From: Sminthopsis crassicaudata
Taxonomy: Eukaryota
NCBI RefSeq assembly: GCF_048593235.1
Contig: NC_133620.1
Coordinates: 348,988,454 to 349,052,453, forward strand
Direction of reading: 5' to 3'
DNA: 64,000 bases
A program made the position numbers and the translations under genes. The stretch's first letter is position 1; each line of letters opens with the position of its first letter. Positions 1-10,000 of the stretch are shown here, piece by piece. The notes beneath the pieces were generated by a model. That model ran no database searches, was not told where the DNA came from, and worked only from the letters and a program-made list of their open reading frames with translations.

Positions 1-420
1 TAGTTTTCTATCCACTGTACCACATAGTTGCCCAAGTAAGTTCTAGAAAGAGCTAGAAGCTAGACATTTAGAATCCTTTCCTTTCTCCCTTTTCATGTAT
101 TGGGTACCATCCTTAGGGTTCTTTCCTTCTAAGGTGATCCATCTATGTAGCTGTAGTGTGAGGATACACTATAGCCAGGACTGTATTAGTCCCAGGGAAC
201 TCTTCCTGTTTTACCTTTCCCCTTTCTCCCCCTTTTTTTGCTTTATCTGCTAGTCCTGAATTCTTTTATCTCATACTGTTTAGATTAATGTGGTTCTGAA
301 AATAGCTTTAAGGGAGTCTAGGGCAAACCTAAGAAGGTGGGTCCCTAGTGTTCTTAAGACTAGGATTCTTTGTTTTTATATACAAAAAGTACTTAATCTG
401 CCTTGAAATGGTATTTCTGA

Positions 421-564
421 GGGGCAGCTAGGTGGCGCAGTGGATAGAGCACCAGCCCTGAATTCAGGAGGACCTGAGTTCAAATCTGGTCTCAGACACT
501 TAACACTTCCTAGCTGTGTGACACTGGGCAAGTCACTTAACCCCAGCCTCAGAAAAAAAAAAAA
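421..564 (+). mobile_element. Full-length WSINE1-type SINE with 16-bp TSD
   Basis: GGGGCAGCTAGGTGGCGCAGTGGATAGAGCACC head, A and B boxes, A-tail; TSD gaaatggtatttctga (405-420) / gaaatggtacttctga (565-580). Confidence 0.92.
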
Positions 565-1584
565 GAAATGGTACTTCTGAAAAATGAAAGAATAGTTCTT
601 AGTGCTATAGCCTGGATTTCCCTGCCTTTATATGTCCTCTTCCTTCTTTGAGCACAAGAATACAGCCAGTTTATGATCTGGGGTAAGTGATTTAGAGTAG
701 TTTCTGCACTGGTCTCCTTCCTCATACAACTAACTAGGAAGGATGTCCCTGAGATTAGTGAATGATAAAGGGTTGAGGGAAGGAGAGAAACAATTGTGCT
801 GAAGCTTTCGAAGGGAAAATGCCTTCAAACCATGTCTGGTGAAGTGGGGAAAAGATATTTTAGGAAAACTGACCAAGACTTTTTTTTTTTTTTCTTGACC
901 TTGCCCTTGCTAAGCACTGTTGTGAATGTCTGGGTGGTGAATCCACTTCAGTAATTTTATAAAGAAAATCCTTTGTTTTCCTTATTTGTGGCAGGCCTGA
1001 CATCAGTATATCAGTAAGTAAAAAAATAAAAGTCAACTTGATCAATAAGGCATTCTGGGCAGGTTTCAATCTTTTGCATAGTTATCAGGTGGTTGCTTAA
1101 CTAACTGCAAGAGCATTGTTGTATAGTTGTAGCGGACCACATTTCTGTCCTGGTTGTGGAACAGCTCTTGTCAGTATAATGGAACAAATTCTAGGGCAGA
1201 TGTCACTGATGTTTGGTGTGGTTTGAATTTGTGTGTGTGTGTTATGTTCATACAGACATATGAACTATGCCATTTGTATATGGCAACATAGGTCTGAGAG
1301 GTCTATTAGAAAAAGAGCAGGGACCATCAATTCCTCAGCCCACACCATTGACTTAAATGAGGAATCAAGACTAGTGACAAATACAGAAGGTATTACATAT
1401 TCTAGTTGACTGGGAAGATTCTCTAGATATTTTTGTCCACTTAGTGGGAAAGGGTAAATGGCAAACTAAAACTGAGGTGGAAAAGGTGTTGTTTACATAA
1501 CTGGAGAATCAAAACCACTGGAGAATTCAGTCCTGACTTTAATAATTACTTAATAAAGTAATTCTTTTAAAATCAGTTTGCTTA

Positions 1585-1718
1585 GGGGCAGCTAGATGGC
1601 ACAGTTTTAGAGTACCTGGCCCTAGAGTCAGGAAGGCCTGAATTCAAATCCAATCTCACTTAACTGTGTGACACTGGGCACTTAGCTCCAACTGCCCTCC
1701 AAAATTAAATGAATAAAA
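1585..1718 (+). mobile_element. Degenerate WSINE1/CORE-type SINE
   Basis: ggggcagctagatggcacag...gaattcaaatcc...ctgtgtgacactgggca. Confidence 0.75.
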
Positions 1719-1809
1719 TCAATTTGCTTCTGACCCATTTAGAAGGGGAAATACCAATTCATAACTCTTTAGGAACAGAGAGCCAGGATTTGAAAAGGGC
1801 ATGTACTCC

Positions 1810-1838
1810 TTTTTTTTTTTTTTTTTTATTATTTTATT
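1810..1838 (-). terminator. Candidate GPR179 poly(A) signals (two AATAAA) followed by a genomic A-tract
   Basis: Minus strand reads AATAAA-AT-AATAAA-A15, starting 112 nt after the stop codon. Confidence 0.35.
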
Positions 1839-1949
1839 GATATCTTCTGTCTTTTGATCACAATAATTTCCTACTGTAGGACATTTATCCCTAAAAAAAA
1901 GCATCTTTGTAATCTTGTAACCCACTTGGTCAATTTAAGGAAGTCAGTC

Positions 1950-4900
1950 CTAGGGAGAGACAGGTGGTAGGGTAGAATCACAAGTTTGACCCTCATGGGA
2001 ATCTCTTTCCTGATCCTTTGTTGAGGAGGGAAACTGTTGGTCTTTGACCTCTTGGGTACTGATCTTTGAAGTTGAGACAGCCTCTAGCTTTTTCTCTGGA
2101 ATATAGTGGAGTCCTCCATCACCTTCAAAAGAACTGACTTTGACTTTAGGGACAGAAACTTTGCTTTCTGAAAGAAAGCCTAGAGGTATGTGGACTGAAA
2201 GTCTAGATGGTTGACCTTGGATACTAGTCTCTGAGGTTGGGCCAGTCTCAGGCTTTCCTTCTGGAATATTGTGGAATCCTCCATCACCTTCAAAAGAACT
2301 GACAGTGACTTCAGGGACAGAAAATTTGCTTTCTGGGAGAAGACAGCCCAGAGGTCTGGAGACTGAAAGACTAGATGATTTCTCTTGGATGGTTGGGGGG
2401 ATTTCTGTTTTAGTTTCTTCTGAAGCCTGACAGGTGGGTTTCCCAGACAGGGCTCCTATCCCTTTATAGGGACAGATTTCTGCTAGGACATCTTCTGGTC
2501 GACTTCCTCCTAGTTCTGTGCCTTCCTCGGGGAACATTTCTGCTGTTGTGCTCCCCATACTGCCCTGGCAAGTGGCTTTGGTTTTGTCTGGCTGAAGGGA
2601 AGAGCCCCCTGGGTCTGTACTCTGCCAAGGACAGACTTCTGGGCTAAATTTCGCTGTTTCTGAAATGTGGTCTTCAGCCTCTCTGGAGCTCTCTTTTCTG
2701 GGCATTCTTCCTTTCTGTCCTTGGGACTCTATATCTGTACCCTCTGCCAGGCCACCTTCTGCTACTGGTTTGCTCAACTCCCAGGAACAGAACTCTGCTT
2801 TCCTGGTGGGTTGAGGATCCTCTGCTTTGCTTGAACTCATCTTGCCCTCCTCGCCTGCTGATACCTGGGACCCAGCTTTGGGTCCCTCAGCATCATAAGG
2901 ATCTGGTTGGGAGGCAGCATTCCCCAGGTCCATGGTCTCCCACAGATACACTGTCTCCTGCTGTCTGGTTAGTTTTTTATGTTTAGTGACAGGCATAGTT
3001 AGGGTGTCTGGTTTTTTAGAGGGTTTTCTTTTTTCCTCTTGAGCTTTTCTGCCTTGACCCTGTCTCTCAGTCATTTTCTCAGTTGGTCCCTCCCTTCCTT
3101 CCCAAGGATAGATTTCTGCCGTGTTATTTTTTGGTGCATCAATTTGTGGCTCAACGGCTTCCCATGCACACACCTGAGTCATCCTGACCCTGACACTGTC
3201 AGGTAGTTGGGAGCTGATAGGGCCCTGAGTATCTGCTTGGAAGGACAAACCCCCTGAAGCTGAATCCTTGCTCAGACAGGTGGATTCCCTGGTTCCACTG
3301 GGTTTCATTCCTTCTTTACAAGTATGATGTTGAGTCTCTGCAGCTCCCTCTTTTTCAAGACTTGCCTGAGCTTTCTTTAAGTGTTCTCCCTCTGTACCCT
3401 GTTCCCATTTCCCTTCCACTTCCCAAGGGCAGACCTCAGCTTTCTTGTTGGAAGCATCTTGTTCCACTTCCCAGGGACAGACCTCAGCTTTCTTGTTGGA
3501 AGCATCCTCTTCCACTTCCCAGGGACAGACTTTGGCTACTTGACTGTCAGATGACCTGGAGCTCATCGGGCTTTGAGCTGAGTGACTCCTCAAGGGCATG
3601 CTATTATCCCAAGGACAAACAGATTCCTGCTGTTGACTCAGTTTTACTACTTGCTTTGTTTTACCTCCTGGCTCTCCACAGCTCCCCTTTCTTAAAGTTT
3701 CTACCTTATCCTCCTTGTGTTCCCCAATTATCTCCTGTCCTAATTCCCTTTTCTCATCTGCTTCTTTGCCTATCTCCCAGGGACAGACCTCAGCCTTTCT
3801 ACTAGACAACACTGCCTCCACCTCCCATGGACACACATCAGCTGTTTTGTTCCCCACAGTGCTTAATACCGGCAAACCAGCCTTGAATTGACCGGTGGCT
3901 TGACTGCCTGTTTGTAAGGAAGGATTTTCTGGTTCCAAGCTCTCCTGAGAACAAGTGACTTCCCTGTCTGGGATTAACCTCTCTGTCTTTTTCTGAGCAG
4001 GGATGGCTGCTTCTTCGGATCCTGATTTTCTGAACCCTTTTTCTGTATCCCCATGGGAATCCTTGGCTAGCTCAATTTCCAAATCACTTTTCTCTTTTCC
4101 TACACCTGTAGGTTTCCAGGATGTATCTACCACATTAGTAGGTATAGTCTGCACTTCCCATGGACAGATTTCAGTTGCCCTGCTCTCCATACTACCTGAT
4201 ACTTGGTGCCTGACTATGGTTTGGTCTGTTTTCTGAGGGTCTGTTTTGAGAGGAGATATCTCCCAGGGGCAGACAGCTTCCTGTGTCTTGATCAGTTCAT
4301 CTAATTCTTTTGATTCTTTGGATTGCTCCTCCTTCTCTTGGCATTTTTCTTTATGCTTTTCCAATTCTCTTTTTTCTGCTGCACCTGCATTCATTTCCAG
4401 GGGATAGATTTTCTCTTTGGCAGACCCTGTCTTACTTATGCTTGGTTCGTGGGCTTCCCATGGACATACCTCTGTAGTCCTGCTCCCCAAAATGTCAAGC
4501 ACTTTAGCAGGGTCTGACTGTAAGGAAAGGTTCTCAGGCTCTATGCTTTCCCAAGGACAGACTGCCTCCCTTTCCTGATTCTCAGCTTCTTTCCAGGTAG
4601 ACTCTTCAACTTCTCCAGAGCTCTCTTTTCCAGAGACTTTTCCCTTTTCTTGTAGCAATTCTTCGTGTGCCTCCTGGCCTAGTGTCCCTTTTCCAACTGT
4701 TTTAATCATTTCCCAGGGACAGACCTCAGCTTTCTTGCCAGACACATCTTCCATTTCCCATGGACACACTTCAGCCACCTTGTTTCCCATACTCTCTGAA
4801 GACTCAGAGATCACTGGGGTTTGAGCTGTGGGACTCCTAAAATCTGTACTCTCCCATGGACAGAGAGATTTCCAATCTTCACCCAGTTTCTTTTTGTCTT

Positions 4901-7034
4901 TCCAAAGCATTGCTTTGCTGAAGATTTGTTTTTCTTCTAGGGAATGTCTTCCTACCTCCTGTAACAATTTTTCTTTATCTGCTGTTCCATCACTCACCTC
5001 CCAAGGACAAATTTCTGCCTTGGTGCCATTTTGCTTTTGAGCATCTCCCTCAGTCACTTCCCACGGACATACCTCTGCTGCTCTTCTCCCTATGCTGCCT
5101 AGTACCTGGTGGCCATTTTTGGGTGGGTCAGTGTGCTGAGGACCTGGTTGGGGTGTGGGGCCCGCTAGGTCTGTGCTTTCCCAGGGACACACTGCCTCTC
5201 GATCCCACGGCTGCTGTTCGGGTTTTTTCTGATCGGTGGTTATCATTCCTTTGGGTCCTGATTTTTCAGGGGGTTTTGTCTTTTCCTCATGTTCAAAAGT
5301 TCCTTTACTCGTATGCTGTGAGGTCTCTCCCTTTGGGCTGTCTACTTTCTCAGCTTCTAGCTCAGTGGTCTCCCATGGACAGATTTCAGTTGTCCTGCTA
5401 TCTCTGCTGTCAGACAGCTGAGCACAAGCTTTAACTCCCTCATATCTCCCTCTCAGTTCTCTTTCTTGCTCAGAGGTCACCTCAGTTGTCTCAGCATCTT
5501 TGTCCTTGCTGACAGGATCCTGAATAGTCTGCCTTGCAGTAGCAACCTGCTTTGCTTTCTCAGGCCCGTGGGAAGGTCCCCTAGGCCTGCTCTCTTGTTC
5601 CTTGCTCCCTTCCTGGGGACAGCCAGCCAGCATTCTACTGGTATGTATGTTCTGCTGGTTCTGGATGGACTCCTCGTCATCACAAGGGGCCAAAGCCGCT
5701 TGTTTGCTCACGGGTTTAGGCCGGCCTGCCCTCACAGTTCTGGTGGCCAACCCAGCACCCTCTTCACGAGCCTTTCCCTTCCCTACCCTTTCGGGACTGC
5801 CTACCCCGTTTTCTTTCTCCTTGTAGCTGCTCCGGGACTTGGTCAGAGCCTTGATGGCCAGCCCCAGGCTGCGCATGGAACCCTGTTGAGTGGGAGCCTT
5901 GAGGCTATGGGATTTGGGAAAGATCCTATGCCTTTCATCCTCAGTCTCAGTAACATCTGAATGCTCTGCTCCGGGCCCCTCACTTTCCACAGCCTCTCGC
6001 TTCTCCAGTGCCACGGCCACCGAGAGGGCTCTCAAGAAGCGAGTTCGGCCTGGGAGGCGGGCGTCCCCTCCACCTGTCCCAGGAGCAGATTCCTGGGTGG
6101 AGCTTTCCGCCCTGACGGGTAGCTCTGCATTTTCCCAGGGGCAAATATAGGTCAGTAAGCTGGGCTCTTGAGCTGGGGCTGGCCCTGGGGCTGGAGCCAA
6201 AGTGGAAGTCGGGGAGAGCGTCTGTGAATCTCCTAAGCATGTCCCGCCTAAAGCCAGGGCGGGCGTGGAGATCTGGTGCTTCATAGGCGAGGGGGGCGGC
6301 CCCCTCCCGCCTATCTCGTGAAGCTTCCCGGAGCCATGGGAACTGTCCACGCTGCTGCTCTTGGGGGATGGAGGAGGCGACAGGGAATCTCCCCGAGCCC
6401 GCTCCAGCCGCCTGGCTGACGGCCTCCTGGCTGGGCTCCCCGCCCCCGCCCTCCTTCGCCTCTCCTCCCGCTCCAGGGCCAGCTTATAGCTCGCTTCCAG
6501 GTAGGCCTGGCTGGCCAGGAGCAGCGCCTTCTCCCTAGAGCCAGCCACCACGCTGAGCGACTTCTGCAGAGGGGCAGGCTGCGCCCGGGGGGGCCTCTCC
6601 CCCACCGCCAGGTTGTGGGCGCTGGCCGAGCGGAAGCCAAGCGGGGGAGGCACGTCCATGGAGTCCCGGCTTTCTCCCCGCGGAGCCTTCTTGGCCAGCT
6701 TCCTTCGGAGAAGGGAGTCGAGGAGCGGGGGCTCCTGCTCCCTGCGGTGGTCGTAGGTGCTGTGCGACTTGCGCAGGGTGGGTGACGGCCTCTCAGGCGT
6801 CTGCACCCCAGAACTGAGGAGCCGTCGCCGAGAAGAACGCGGAAAACTAGCCCGGCCTGGAGAGCTGAGGTCCCGGCGGGCCACGGCCTCGGGGAACTCA
6901 GCCAGGCACCTCATGAAGGAGCGGCCCAGTCCGCGGCGGGAGCTGCCTCTCTTCTTGGGCAGGTGGGGGTTGTTAACCGCCATCTTCTTGGTCTTGTGAA
7001 CCTCTAGTTGGGCGTAGAGCTTCTTTAGTTCATC
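1950..7034 (-). CDS. GPR179: GPR179 exon 11 coding part, 5085 nt: cytoplasmic tail with CPWE repeats
   Basis: ctacag/GAT GAA CTA (DELKKLYAQLEVHKT). Uninterrupted ORF to TAG at 1950-1952. I count 17 CPWE, 1 CPWD, 1 CPWQ and several degenerate copies. The ORF-track extension 7035-7088 is intronic. Confidence 0.97.
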   Translation of the reverse strand, partial: DELKKLYAQLEVHKTKKMAVNNPHLPKKRGSSRRGLGRSFMRCLAEFPEAVARRDLSSPGRASFPRSSRRRLLSSGVQTPERPSPTLRKSHSTYDHRREQEPPLLDSLLRRKLAKKAPRGESRDSMDVPPPLGFRSASAHNLAVGERPPRAQPAPLQKSLSVVAGSREKALLLASQAYLEASYKLALEREERRRRAGAGSPARRPSARRLERARGDSLSPPPSPKSSSVDSSHGSGKLHEIGGRGPPPSPMKHQISTPALALGGTCLGDSQTLSPTSTLAPAPGPAPAQEPSLLTYICPWENAELPVRAESSTQESAPGTGGGDARLPGRTRFLRALSVAVALEKREAVESEGPGAEHSDVTETEDERHRIFPKSHSLKAPTQQGSMRSLGLAIKALTKSRSSYKEKENGVGSPERVGKGKAREEGAGLATRTVRAGRPKPVSKQAALAPCDDEESIQNQQNIHTSRMLAGCPQEGSKEQESRPRGPSHGPEKAKQVATARQTIQDPVSKDKDAETTEVTSEQERELRGRYEGVKACAQLSDSRDSRTTEICPWETTELEAEKVDSPKGETSQHTSKGTFEHEEKTKPPEKSGPKGMITTDQKKPEQQPWDREAVCPWESTDLAGPTPQPGPQHTDPPKNGHQVLGSIGRRAAEVCPWEVTEGDAQKQNGTKAEICPWEVSDGTADKEKLLQEVGRHSLEEKQIFSKAMLWKDKKKLGEDWKSLCPWESTDFRSPTAQTPVISESSESMGNKVAEVCPWEMEDVSGKKAEVCPWEMIKTVGKGTLGQEAHEELLQEKGKVSGKESSGEVEESTWKEAENQEREAVCPWESIEPENLSLQSDPAKVLDILGSRTTEVCPWEAHEPSISKTGSAKEKIYPLEMNAGAAEKRELEKHKEKCQEKEEQSKESKELDELIKTQEAVCPWEISPLKTDPQKTDQTIVRHQVSGSMESRATEICPWEVQTIPTNVVDTSWKPTGVGKEKSDLEIELAKDSHGDTEKGFRKSGSEEAAIPAQKKTERLIPDREVTCSQESLEPENPSLQTGSQATGQFKAGLPVLSTVGNKTADVCPWEVEAVLSSRKAEVCPWEIGKEADEKRELGQEIIGEHKEDKVETLRKGSCGEPGGKTKQVVKLSQQQESVCPWDNSMPLRSHSAQSPMSSRSSDSQVAKVCPWEVEEDASNKKAEVCPWEVEQDASNKKAEVCPWEVEGKWEQGTEGEHLKKAQASLEKEGAAETQHHTCKEGMKPSGTRESTCLSKDSASGGLSFQADTQGPISSQLPDSVRVRMTQVCAWEAVEPQIDAPKNNTAEIYPWEGREGPTEKMTERQGQGRKAQEEKRKPSKKPDTLTMPVTKHKKLTRQQETVYLWETMDLGNAASQPDPYDAEGPKAGSQVSAGEEGKMSSSKAEDPQPTRKAEFCSWELSKPVAEGGLAEGTDIESQGQKGRMPRKESSREAEDHISETAKFSPEVCPWQSTDPGGSSLQPDKTKATCQGSMGSTTAEMFPEEGTELGGSRPEDVLAEICPYKGIGALSGKPTCQASEETKTEIPPTIQEKSSSLSVSRPLGCLLPESKFSVPEVTVSSFEGDGGFHNIPEGKPETGPTSETSIQGQPSRLSVHIPLGFLSESKVSVPKVKVSSFEGDGGLHYIPEKKLEAVSTSKISTQEVKDQQFPSSTKDQERDSHEGQTCDSTLPPVSP

Positions 7035-10000
7035 CTGTAGAAGCGGGTAGGATAATTTAGCTAAGGAGGAAATAGAGCACACAGACACATCCCTGAACCT
7101 TTCCTCTGCTCTGGAGAACTACTTCCAGCACTTTCCATGGCGCTCCTGAAAGGTGGCATCTTCCCTCCACTAAACAACGGCATCTTCCAGATTTTGCTTA
7201 AAGTGTCTTCCCTAAAACCTTCCCCGGCTAGCCCCCACTAACTTCTGGTTTGTGCGGGGCTTGGGGGTAAGGCAGTGGGGTTAAATGGCTTGTCCAGCAT
7301 CAGTGTCTGAGGGTGGCTTTGGACGCAGGTCCTCCCGACTGGAGGACCGGAGTTCCATCCACGGAGACCTGCCTCTTCCCTACCCCCCACTACTTCGGAA
7401 AACCCCTCGGCCTAGCCCCTCTTCCTGCGACCCACCCGGGGACACGGCAGAAGGAGCTCCTGACTCCGGGGTCCGGAAAGCGGAGTCCCAGCCCCGTCCG
7501 GAACTGTGGCCTCAGGCAAAAAAGTCCCATTCCCCCTCTTTAAAAAGAGAATAGCGGCTGCAAGAGCTTCCTGGGTAGGTTGGAGTCGGGGTGATTTCGT
7601 TTCAGGTTGTCCACTTCTATTTTAGAGAATCGTCTGGGTCATTGTGACAATGACATAATAGATGTGAAAGTACTTTGAACAAAGATTTAACAGAGCATCA
7701 TAAATGGTCCTGTTTAGTGGCACTCTGACTTTAACAAAAATGACCTGGCTCTTTGAGCGAGTGTGGCAGTAGAAAAGTGAGAAGTGAGATCTCCAGAAGA
7801 ATCACTTTTGGATGTAGGAGAGTGACGGAGCAAGCATCCAATGGCCAGGCTTTGCTGCGATGGTACTTTTCCTGGGCGCGTTGGGGGAAGACTAGCAACA
7901 AATGACTGTTGAAGTGAAATTAGGAGACTAGGAAAAGCATGGAGGGAAAAGGTGAAGCGTACCAGAGAAAGGGAATCTGGATGACTTGGCTGGCTCGAGG
8001 TAGGCAGTTCTGAATAGCTAACATCAAAAAGAGATAAAAATCAATACACACCCGAATGTCTCCAGGGTCAAGGCTGTATTCACTCCAGGCAGAAGCAATG
8101 CTGCTGTTGAGGCAGGAGCCTGATCTTTGCAGGTCCAACTCATCCTCATAGACCTCAGCTGCAATCTCTTCCCGGGGAGGGATGCCTGGGGTCAGGAACT
8201 AGAGTTGATAGAATAGAGAAAGATTTCTTCTTCCTCCAGCCTTCCCTCCTTTCCTGTTCTGATGCTCTACCTCCTCCCATACATTCCCTTTGCTCTGCCC
8301 TTCACCCTATTTTCCTTTGATCTTCAGACAACTCCAAGAAGAATCAAATTATAGGCTTAAATTGAATTCTAAGGAAACACTGGGGCTCCCTACCCATTCC
8401 AGTGCAGGTCCTCCTTAAATAGACCTGCTTAAGAGTTGTCTTTCCATTAGGAACAGTCCTAGTGTGATGTTTTTCCAGATCCAACAATCTGCTAAAGATA
8501 TTACCATCACACTTGATCCAAGACTTCTTAAAATTTTTTCAAATTATTATTATTAGAATTTTAGAATTATTGTTAGAAGTTATTAGAAAGACAGTGGGGT
8601 AGGGGTTGTTTTCCCTTTCCATCAGATGCTATTACTCCTTTCCATTTCTAAGGCCTTGCCTTCATATCACCTGCCTTATTTTATCTCTACCTTTTACTAG
8701 GGCAGGGACCGGGGAGCAGGAGGTTGCAGAGAGCCTGGTGATTTCAACTAGACAAGTATATCAGCTCTGAAATTGGGATGACTTCATTCTCTTAAATCCC
8801 GCTGGGGGAAAAAAAAAGAATTCTAGTAGGGAGGCAAGCAGGCTGGAGGCTTCACCTTGGGGATAAAGAGAAGAGCCAGGGTCATCGTGACTGTGCCATG
8901 GGTGTGGATAAAGAAGAGAAGGAGGGTCCAGTCAGGGTGTAAAGAGGGAACCAAGGCAAACCTGTGAATTAAGTGGGAAAAGGGAACTAGAGAAATGAAT
9001 ACTACATTCTTCCTTCCCACCCACATCCCCACATGTTTCATTGGTTTTCTTCCAGATTTTGCTGGAAATTTCTCCCATAAAACCTTTCCTAACTAACCCC
9101 CACTGGGATGCAACATGTTGGGCATGGAAATGTCCCAACCTTTGCATATCTAAATACCAATATTTCCTTCAAGGCTTAGCTTCAGTTCCATGTCCAGACT
9201 ACTCCAGGAACCCCATCTCTCCTAATTTGGCTTTCCTTATGAACTACAACATTTAGTTTCTACTACTCAATACAATGCTTAATTATTCATTCTTGTTATT
9301 GATCATCATTATTTTATAAATCTCCTCACCACAAATATAATTTAGGAATTAAATTTATGTTTATTATAAATATTATTTTTATTAAAGATTATATAAATAT
9401 ATAGAGAGAATAAAAATATATATGTATATAATACCTTATATATATACAATTTCCTCACCTGGCAGCATGGAAGGCAGCAGAAACCAGAAGCTCATTGTGT
9501 AGAGCGATACCCATGTAGCGAGGCTCATGAAAGGCAGAGGGCACTGCCCGTGTGGCATAACAAAGGAAACTGCCCCAGCAGAGGAGGAGCATCTCAGCTT
9601 GGAGGGAAGAGTCAGAGGCTGGGATATATTTGTCATCAACCAAAGTCAGTGCCTAGTCCCCTTGTACAGAGGTCTATGTGGGGGCAAGGGCTCCCTGGGG
9701 AGGACAGGGTGGGGGACGTGAAGGAGAGAAAAGGCTGCAATCAGGCTGACACTGAAGGAAGTAGGGGAGGTTGAAGGATTTGGAGAGGGGCTCAGGCTGG
9801 GGACAGGAATAGGACGTCTCACCCACAACCATGATGTAATCCCAGCGATCATAGTGGCAGAGATAAAAGTGACGGCCAGCAGCTGTGTGACCCCGAATAA
9901 CCAGGGGTGCATGCTGGGGTCCCCTCTCCAGCGTGCCTGCTGTCCAGGCTGCCAGGAAACACAGAACCAGGAGCAGGAGAAGCCCGAGGCGCCGCAGCAG

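Noticed and set aside
1-1800. 3' end of the neighbouring gene expected from synteny (MRPL45 in human)
   Set aside because: No coding sequence is recognisable; UTR cannot be assigned from sequence alone.
3362-6999. Many + strand and alternative-frame ORFs (60-164 aa) over GPR179 exon 11
   Set aside because: Shadow ORFs of a long GC-rich coding exon; no recognisable products, and several start at non-ATG codons.
7035-7088. N-terminal extension MSVCS... of the 1712-aa ORF
   Set aside because: Starts at GTG inside intron 10; the acceptor at 7036-7035 explains the exon.
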